From Nitrososphaeria archaeon (lineage in GTDB: Archaea; Thermoproteota; Nitrososphaeria; Geothermarchaeales; JDFR-13): a stretch of 64,000 nt of DNA. The stretch covers positions 224,001-288,000 of the forward strand of contig JALWXN010000004.1 of assembly GCA_027078545.1 (NCBI GenBank), in the 5' to 3' direction. The notes under the pieces were generated by a model. That model was not told the origin of the DNA, ran no database searches, and was given only the letters and a program-made list of their open reading frames with translations. A program made the position numbers and the translations under genes. Shown here piece after piece: positions 63,725 through 64,000 of the stretch (positions within the stretch are counted from its first letter, which is position 1; every line of letters starts with the position of its first letter).

Positions 63725-64000
63725 TGTCTTAGGATCCTCTCCTCCACCAGTTTCTTGAGCCTGTCTACTCCCTGGCCCGTGGCTAGTGATATCTTGATGA
63801 GGCTGTCTCCATGTAGCTCGTTGGCCCTCTTCAGGTATTCCTCATGGGGTATATCCATCTTGTTGGCTATTGGGATGATCTTCTTGTCTGGGAATGCCTC
63901 CATTATCTCTCTTAGGATGTTGTACTGCCTCTCTATGGGGTAGTAGGCATCCCTGGATATGTCGTAGATGTATAGGATGTCTCCGACGAGGTTTCTAAGT
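63700..64000 (-). CDS. NOG1-family GTPase, C-terminal part; 5' end outside window
   Basis: The frame stays open to the window edge: LRNLVGDILYIYDISRDAYYPIERQY...IANKMD...ISLATGQGV (G4/G5). Confidence 0.82.
   Translation of the reverse strand, partial: LRNLVGDILYIYDISRDAYYPIERQYNILREIMEAFPDKKIIPIANKMDIPHEEYLKRANELHGDSLIKISLATGQGVDRLKKLVEERILRHYRDILSR

Overview
This is core-genome DNA from a thermophilic TACK archaeon, most consistent with a deep-branching Nitrososphaerota relative (Aigarchaeota/Geothermarchaeota-like). That placement is an inference from AGG-rich codon usage, GGAGGTG-type RBS, a Rieske-cytochrome b-cupredoxin complex III, and ribosomal operons lacking eL14, eL34 and eL20 at their usual positions. 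The window holds: CDC48 and FEN1; the large ribosomal superoperon (uL22 to secY-adk-cmk-cbf5); the eS19-eL39-eL31-eIF6-pfdA-ftsY and secE-spt5-uL11-uL1-uL10-P1 clusters; AlaRS, LeuRS, MetRS and a stand-alone ThrRS editing domain; glycine cleavage P subunits; a replication/repair cluster (Hel308, MCM, GINS23, RFC-S/L, Orc1-2-type Cdc6); Nob1, NAD kinase, eIF5A, RtcA and Nog1. I saw no mobile elements or CRISPR arrays. The most unusual signal is in the RNA. There are 11 tRNA genes, and 7 of them carry 10 BHB introns; at least 4 introns sit at non-canonical sites and 3 genes have two introns. The short introns of tRNA-Met(CAT) and tRNA-Trp(CCA) each contain one K-turn (C'/D'-like) plus an antisense element that, by the N+5 rule, points exactly at C34 and C39 of their own host tRNA. 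They look like miniature single-guide, intron-encoded 2'-O-methylation guides. Other leads are a ribophorin-I-like membrane protein beside sugar-nucleotide genes, ANTTTC (Sulfolobus DNA-damage element) motifs upstream of orc1-2 and mcm, and uncharacterised small proteins embedded in the replication cluster.
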